From an uncultured Thiotrichaceae bacterium (GTDB lineage: Bacteria; Pseudomonadota; Gammaproteobacteria; SZUA-229), in assembly GCA_964485705.1 (NCBI GenBank), contig CAZALW010000004.1, forward strand, positions 1 through 33,812: a stretch of DNA of 33,812 nt, in the 5' to 3' direction. Below the pieces are notes generated by a model. It made no database searches. It worked only from the letters and a program-made list of their open reading frames with translations, and was not told the origin of the DNA. Below are positions 28,660 to 33,812 of the stretch, piece after piece. Made by a program: the position numbers and the translations under genes. Position 1 is the stretch's first letter; the number at the start of each line of letters is the position of its first letter.

Positions 28660-29043
28660 TTAATATGGCGTATACTGATTAACAATAACGAAATTTACAA
28701 AATCAAATATACTTTTAAGTGAGGCATTTTTAGAAAAAAAGCAATCAGCGCCATTTTTTTGCGCAACAGAACGATATTCAGGAACATCATGCTGACTGAG
28801 AATAACAACCACAATCTCAGGGCGTTCATATTTAATCTTTTTGGTCAGGTCGAGACCGCTTACGCCACATTTTAAATCGATATCCATGATAATCAGATCC
28901 GGATCGAACATATCAACAATATTTAACGCCTCACTTCCACCTGTCGCCTCTCTTGTTTCAAGATTATCAAATCGATGCAAAAGTGCACTTTTCAGTACAT
29001 CACGGTAATTCAAATTATCTTCAACAAGCAATGTTTTAAACAT
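28660..29043 (-). CDS. Single-domain response regulator (NarL-like REC, no output domain)
   Basis: TLLVEDN, LIIMDIDL, VSGLDL, VVILSQH, GADCFFSK. Start moved to ATG 29043 (MFKTLL). Confidence 0.88.
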   Translation of the reverse strand: MFKTLLVEDNLNYRDVLKSALLHRFDNLETREATGGSEALNIVDMFDPDLIIMDIDLKCGVSGLDLTKKIKYERPEIVVVILSQHDVPEYRSVAQKNGADCFFSKNASLKSIFDFVNFVIVNQYTPY

Positions 29044-29407
29044 TATTTTTTCATTTTTCCGCGACAATCTAATGCCTTTGCTTAATAAATAATTTCTTTT
29101 CTTTTTTGCTTCCTTACTTACATAAAAAAAACACCCACCACTTTCAGGCAATAATTTTGTACATGTATAATCAACATTGTACTTTTTATATAAATTCAGC
29201 TTATGTTATTATTGTTTAAATAATAAAATTACCCTATAAAGTAAAAACTTTATTTTTAATGTACACCTATATTCAAAAACTACATTAACGTGTATTAATA
29301 TTATTTACGGATTAGAATCAGGATTAAGGCATCTTTGATTAATTATTATCAATTCGAGCGATGCCTAATTTATATTTCTAACATAGTTAGAATAAGAGAA
29401 AATTGCT

Positions 29408-30064
29408 ATGAAATCACCCGTTCGAATACTCATCGCTGATGACCATACTATTCTAAGAGCCGGAATACGTTCTTTGCTCAACATGGTGACAGACTTTCAG
29501 GTTGTAGGGGAAGCAGACAATGGTAAAGATGCTATACGCCTGGCAGGAGAATTAAAGCCCGACTTATTACTGAGCGACCTGTCCATGCCTAAAACAAATG
29601 GTACAGAATCTATTCAGCGCATTAAAAGCCGCTACCCCAACATAAAAGTACTTGTCCTTACCGTTCACAAAACAGAAGAATATGTTCATGCTGCATTAAA
29701 AGCTGGCGCTGATGGCTATGTATTAAAAGACGACACCAGTGACGAATTAGTTAATGCCATTAACAATATAATGGCAGGCAAAACCTATTTAAGCCCAAGC
29801 ATCTGCAGTGAAGTGGTTATGGGCTATTTAGCAGACCCCAGCAAAGACAGAATATCCACCAGTCTTGATAAATTAACCACTCGTGAACGCGAAATCATGA
29901 AACTTATCGCTGAAGGAAGCCGAAATAAAGACATTGCCAAATACCTGTCGATTAGCCTGAAGACCGTTGAAAAACATCGTTCCAACATGATGAAAAAACT
30001 GGATCTACATAGTGCTAGCAGTATTACCAGTTACGCTATAAAGAATGGTCTTGCTGCACAATAA
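29408..30064 (+). CDS. NarL/FixJ-family DNA-binding response regulator (REC + LuxR HTH)
   Basis: ILIADDH, SDLSMPKTNG, GYVLKD, LTTREREIMKLIAEG.RNKDIA..L.IS.KTVEKHRSNMMKKL. Confidence 0.96.
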   Translation: MKSPVRILIADDHTILRAGIRSLLNMVTDFQVVGEADNGKDAIRLAGELKPDLLLSDLSMPKTNGTESIQRIKSRYPNIKVLVLTVHKTEEYVHAALKAGADGYVLKDDTSDELVNAINNIMAGKTYLSPSICSEVVMGYLADPSKDRISTSLDKLTTREREIMKLIAEGSRNKDIAKYLSISLKTVEKHRSNMMKKLDLHSASSITSYAIKNGLAAQ

Positions 30065-30278
30065 AAAAACATCACAGCCACAGCATGCATAGATAAAAGC
30101 ACGACCACAGGCAACCCGTAAGTTTTATGCACGTCTTTATGTATTCAGACTCTAAACTTAGTTGATTCGTATGTGTTCGGCAAACACCGGACTGCATTAA
30201 TAGAGCTACTGCTACAATAATTCAAATTATGTGACTGAATGAGTTAAGACAGTATCTGGATGACTCAAACACTTACAA

Positions 30279-30749
30279 TTATTTATCCTTTCTTAGCTTT
30301 TTAACCAACGCCTGTATATTTCCAGAGTTAGAAGCAAAATCTGCACGACCTGTGTGCGAGGCAGAGTGTATGTATAGTGATGATCGGCTTTCATCAATAT
30401 TCTTCACCTGAACATAAATCTTGTCCTTAAATAAAAAGACAGGGGAATACACAACAAAGTTTGTGTGCTTTTTTTCAGTATCATGTGCAAAAATAACCCA
30501 GCCTAATTCTACCGCTGCTGCCAGCACACGCTGGTATAACACCTCAACAGTCACATCAAATTCAGGGGTTCGTAGTTCTTTCAACTTATGATTATCAGCT
30601 GTTATTGCAGTATTAGTGGTTAAAAATATCCGTAACCTTTCACTAATACCGGGGTCGTCAAACAGGTTTGCACCATTTTTAAATAAGGTACCGAAGATAA
30701 TAGTAACGAGCAATATAATGACAAAAACCATTATTTTAATTATAGTCAT
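30279..30749 (-). CDS. DUF1499-like membrane-anchored protein
   Basis: N-terminal TM. VVYSPVFLFKDKIYVQV...LYIHSASHTGRADFASNSGNIQAL resembles the DUF1499 S-x-S-R-x-G-x-x-D-x-G-x-N signature. Confidence 0.75.
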   Translation of the reverse strand: MTIIKIMVFVIILLVTIIFGTLFKNGANLFDDPGISERLRIFLTTNTAITADNHKLKELRTPEFDVTVEVLYQRVLAAAVELGWVIFAHDTEKKHTNFVVYSPVFLFKDKIYVQVKNIDESRSSLYIHSASHTGRADFASNSGNIQALVKKLRKDK

Positions 30750-30983
30750 TTAAGATGTCCTGAATTTGAGCAACAAAAAATACTGCCATTATTATGACGG
30801 AATTTTTTATTAAACACTATTTAACCTAGAAAAGCACACTTTCACCAAGCCTTGCGAAGCCCACAAAAATAACCATAAGACTGCAAGCACACAAAACACT
30901 AGAATATCACAAGTACCCATAAATAATAGCCCAACACATTAATCCTTAACAGTTTTAAAGTACATTAGAAAAGGAAAACACAA

Positions 30984-31889
30984 GTGTCAGTACCCGTTTC
31001 ATATCTCTCGGTTATTCTAATCTGGAGTACAACACCGTTAGCCATTCAATGGAGCGGTCATGATATTGGTTTTCAGTTTGGTGTCGCTGCACGTATGGCA
31101 ATTGGATTAATTGCCTTGCTAATACTGCTGCGTTTAATGAAAATTGAATTACCCTGGCACAATAAAGCACGCCGTATATACCTTATCAGTGGCATAACAC
31201 TTTATATAGCGATGAGCTTTGTATATTGGGCAGCACAACAGATTCCCAGCGGCTGGATAGCAGTAGTTTTTGGTTTATCACCAATAATCACCAGCGTACT
31301 GGCAAGTGTAATATTAAAAGATTCACATTTGTCTGGCATACGTCTGGCCGGCATGTCAGTAGGTCTTCTCGGGTTAGTGTTTGTCTTTATCGAAGGCATA
31401 GCCATTTCGACTGCGACCTTACTTGGCATAGCAGCGGTTGTCATAAGCTCAACCACACAATCACTGGGCTCAGTATTAATAAAACAACAGCAACCTGACT
31501 TTCACCCTATTGCAATAACAGCAGGCAGTATTGTGGTCGCCCTGCCATTGTTTTTATTAAACTGCATAATTATGGGCAACTGGCCAGAAACGATTCCATT
31601 AAAGTCAGCCTTATCCATTTTGTACCTGGGGTTGATCGGTTCTGCAGTAGGCTTCCCATTATATTTTTACCTACTGAAAAACCTGACACCAGAACGTGTT
31701 GCCATAGTCACACTAATAACACCCGTAACGGCTTTGTTGTTAGGGGCATTCTTAAATGATGAAATAATCAGCAGTAAAGTCTGGGCAGGCACCGCATTAA
31801 TTCTTACAGGGCTAGCAATATATGAATACGGAAAACATCTGCCACATGTAAAAAAATGGAAAATACGCTGGCTGCAACGCCCGCTGTAA
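30984..31889 (+). CDS. EamA/DMT family transporter
   Basis: 301 aa with about 10 TM in two repeats; LIWSTTPLAI, LYLGLIGSAVGF, TLITPVTALLLG..LNDE. GTG start after AAGGA. Confidence 0.93.
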   Translation: MSVPVSYLSVILIWSTTPLAIQWSGHDIGFQFGVAARMAIGLIALLILLRLMKIELPWHNKARRIYLISGITLYIAMSFVYWAAQQIPSGWIAVVFGLSPIITSVLASVILKDSHLSGIRLAGMSVGLLGLVFVFIEGIAISTATLLGIAAVVISSTTQSLGSVLIKQQQPDFHPIAITAGSIVVALPLFLLNCIIMGNWPETIPLKSALSILYLGLIGSAVGFPLYFYLLKNLTPERVAIVTLITPVTALLLGAFLNDEIISSKVWAGTALILTGLAIYEYGKHLPHVKKWKIRWLQRPL

Positions 31890-31894
31890 TGCTC

Positions 31895-32117
31895 AATGAA
31901 TAATGAATAATGAATAATGAATTTTAAAGCAAGAATCCAATATAGTGCCAACGTTTTCTGTTTATATGTTGCTTTTTGTTTTTAACTACTCCATCCTTAG
32001 GTTCGTAATCGCACCGCCTTCCTGGCTCTTTGCGCCATAATTGCAAACATGGCCGTCCATCCATGGACATAATCGGCACATCCGTGTACCACTGCTCATT
32101 GTTCACTATTCATTGCT
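31895..32117. repeat. Intergenic element bounded by inverted 7-bp tandem repeats with internal TCC-loop hairpins
   Basis: (AATGAAT)x4 at 31895-31922. Four degenerate reverse-complement copies at 32090-32117. Internal gtccat-cc-atggac at 32055-32068. Confidence 0.65.
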
Positions 32118-32125
32118 TTTACACT

Positions 32126-33232
32126 ATGCCAGAACCACTAAAAAACCTTTATAACAAACAGTTAATTTCCAATCTCAGTGACGAGATTCATAATCGATAC
32201 TCCGCATTTGACCAAAAAGAATTTAATCTCTCCATATTTGATAAAAACTGGAACGACAAAGAGTTAAAACAGCGTATGCGTCATATAGCAGAATGTTTGC
32301 ATCTGTATTTACCTGCTGACTATAAAAAAGCAATTAATATACTCAAACCCGTGTCCGCACAATTCAACGGTTTTGAATACATGTTTTTTCAGGACTTTGT
32401 GGAATGTTACGGGCTGGATGATTTTGAAACATCCATGCCTGCTTTAGAACATTTTACAAAATTTTCATCATCAGAGTTTGCTGTACGGGTTTTCATTGTA
32501 CAACAGGAAAAACGCATGATGAAGCAAATGTTGCACTGGGCAAAATCAAATAACCACCATGTGCGCCGCCTTTCCTCAGAAGGCTGCCGCCCTCGTCTGC
32601 CCTGGGCGATGGCACTGCCTGCCTTCAAAAAAAACCCACAACCGGTTTTAACCATTTTAAAAACCCTGATGTTTGATGAAAGCGAATACGTGCGCCGCAG
32701 TGTTGCCAATAACTTAAATGACATATCCAAAGATAACCCCAATATCACTCTTGATTGGGCACAACAATGGCTGGGTAATAATGAGAACACAGACAGGATA
32801 ATCAAACACGCATGCCGCACCTTGTTAAAACAGGGAAATGCACAGGTGATGGCTCTATTTGGCTTTACCAGACCAAAACATATCACAATCAGTCAGTTTA
32901 AAGTACAAGCAGAAGTTATCCTGGGTGATAGCCTGGCATTTTCTTTTTCATTAAAAAGCAAAAATAATCCTGGCCATGGCGACACCAGTAACAGCAGTAT
33001 TGGCAAGTGCCGTATCGAGTTTGCCATTGATTTTGTTAAAGCCAATAGCAGTTTGAGTCGAAAAGTTTTTAAGATTTCAGAAGCAAATTATGCAGAAAAA
33101 GAAAAACAGATAACAAAAGTTTTTTCCTTCAAAAAAATATCCACCCGAAAATATTATGCTGGCAACCATCAGCTTACCGTTATTATTAATGGTGTAGATC
33201 AAATAGCTAAAACTTTTTATCTTGTTGTTTAA
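32126..33232 (+). CDS. DNA alkylation repair glycosylase, HEAT-like repeat AlkC/AlkD superfamily (AlkC-like, with C-terminal Ig-like domain)
   Basis: ELKQRMRHI, FSSSEFAVR, HVRRLSSEGCRPRLPW, YVRRSVANNLNDISKD, TRKYYAG.H....ING. Start moved to ATG 32126 (MPEPLK). Confidence 0.88.
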   Translation: MPEPLKNLYNKQLISNLSDEIHNRYSAFDQKEFNLSIFDKNWNDKELKQRMRHIAECLHLYLPADYKKAINILKPVSAQFNGFEYMFFQDFVECYGLDDFETSMPALEHFTKFSSSEFAVRVFIVQQEKRMMKQMLHWAKSNNHHVRRLSSEGCRPRLPWAMALPAFKKNPQPVLTILKTLMFDESEYVRRSVANNLNDISKDNPNITLDWAQQWLGNNENTDRIIKHACRTLLKQGNAQVMALFGFTRPKHITISQFKVQAEVILGDSLAFSFSLKSKNNPGHGDTSNSSIGKCRIEFAIDFVKANSSLSRKVFKISEANYAEKEKQITKVFSFKKISTRKYYAGNHQLTVIINGVDQIAKTFYLVV

Positions 33233-33363
33233 CCCTAAGCCCTTTAAATTTAACTGTAGCTAGTGCATGATAGTCGGATAGAATTCGATAAGAGACACAT
33301 GTCTGTTACCGTATTCCGGTAATTAACACCTGTGATTCATTAACCACAAAAGAGGGAAATATC

Positions 33364-33678
33364 ATGCATATAACAAACCAGATAGGTAAAATTTTAGTAA
33401 TAGCCTTGTTTTCTATACCGGTTAGCGCATATGCTGATGCATGGAGTTGCAGCAGTGAAAACAACGTACGTGAAATCAACATTGAATACCCCACCTCAGC
33501 ACCGCTGCCATGTCATGTGGAATACAAAAAACTAACCGAAGGTTTTGAGGATCCTCAAATACTCTGGACTGCACACCACGATGACACCTACTGCGAAGAA
33601 AAAGCAAAAGGCCTGGTTGAAACACTGGAGGAATCAGGCTGGGTATGTACTGAAACAATCAAAGCGACTATTCAATAA
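33364..33678 (+). CDS. Small secreted hypothetical protein with four Cys
   Basis: RBS AGAGGG, signal peptide ending AYA, pattern WSC...LPCHVEYKK...LWTA...YCEEKA..LV..L...GWVC. Confidence 0.75.
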   Translation: MHITNQIGKILVIALFSIPVSAYADAWSCSSENNVREINIEYPTSAPLPCHVEYKKLTEGFEDPQILWTAHHDDTYCEEKAKGLVETLEESGWVCTETIKATIQ

Positions 33679-33812
33679 AAACCGGTTCAGATTGTTTTTT
33701 GCTTACCGCTCCCGCCTTGTACTACAGGTTGGCGGTGAGCTTGCGAACCCCAATAATGAGGGCGTATAAGTCTTCATTTAATCTGACAGACAGCGGCAGA
33801 TATGGAATGGCT

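Noticed and set aside
29327-29366. FNR box or hairpin upstream of the NarL regulator (ttgat-N8-atcaa within aggcatc...gatgcct)
   Set aside because: The spacing is N8 rather than N4, and the context is very AT-rich. Too weak to call.
32030-32125. N-terminal extension of the AlkC-like ORF, and ORF 31924-32106
   Set aside because: These translate the palindromic/heptamer repeat element. The family-like sequence starts at MPEPLK (32126).
1-33812. CRISPR array, tRNA/rRNA, integrase or transposase, att sites
   Set aside because: No regularly spaced repeats, RNA gene signatures or mobility genes were seen, so island boundaries and mobility of the block cannot be supported from this window.

Overview
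Bacterial DNA, probably from a gammaproteobacterium (inferred from gene content only). Ordinary genes lie at both ends: aldehyde dehydrogenase and a CBS protein on the left; DUF1499, EamA, an AlkC-like glycosylase and a small secreted protein on the right. They flank a ~28 kb accessory block (about 2.1-30.1 kb). Its core is a minus-strand gene run (28252 to 15824) encoding a 1.8k-aa secreted beta-helix/Ig protein, three secreted two-domain cupredoxin (multicopper-oxidase-like) proteins, a subtilase and a cohesin-domain protein. None of the three cupredoxin proteins has a complete copper-ligand set, but subunit A domain 1 and subunit B domain 2 together supply one T1 site and the eight His of one trinuclear cluster, which suggests a heterotrimeric, ceruloplasmin-like split multicopper oxidase. 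Three of the secreted proteins end in a near-identical TSP3 plus dockerin-like cassette and the last gene encodes a cohesin, which suggests a cohesin-dockerin-assembled extracellular oxidase complex. Nearby are a SCO copper chaperone, a cytochrome c/periplasmic-binding-protein fusion and a 1654-aa surface lipoprotein that shares a 45-bp upstream element with the operon. The block also holds two histidine kinases and three response regulators. All domain calls come from reading motifs by eye; no searches were run.
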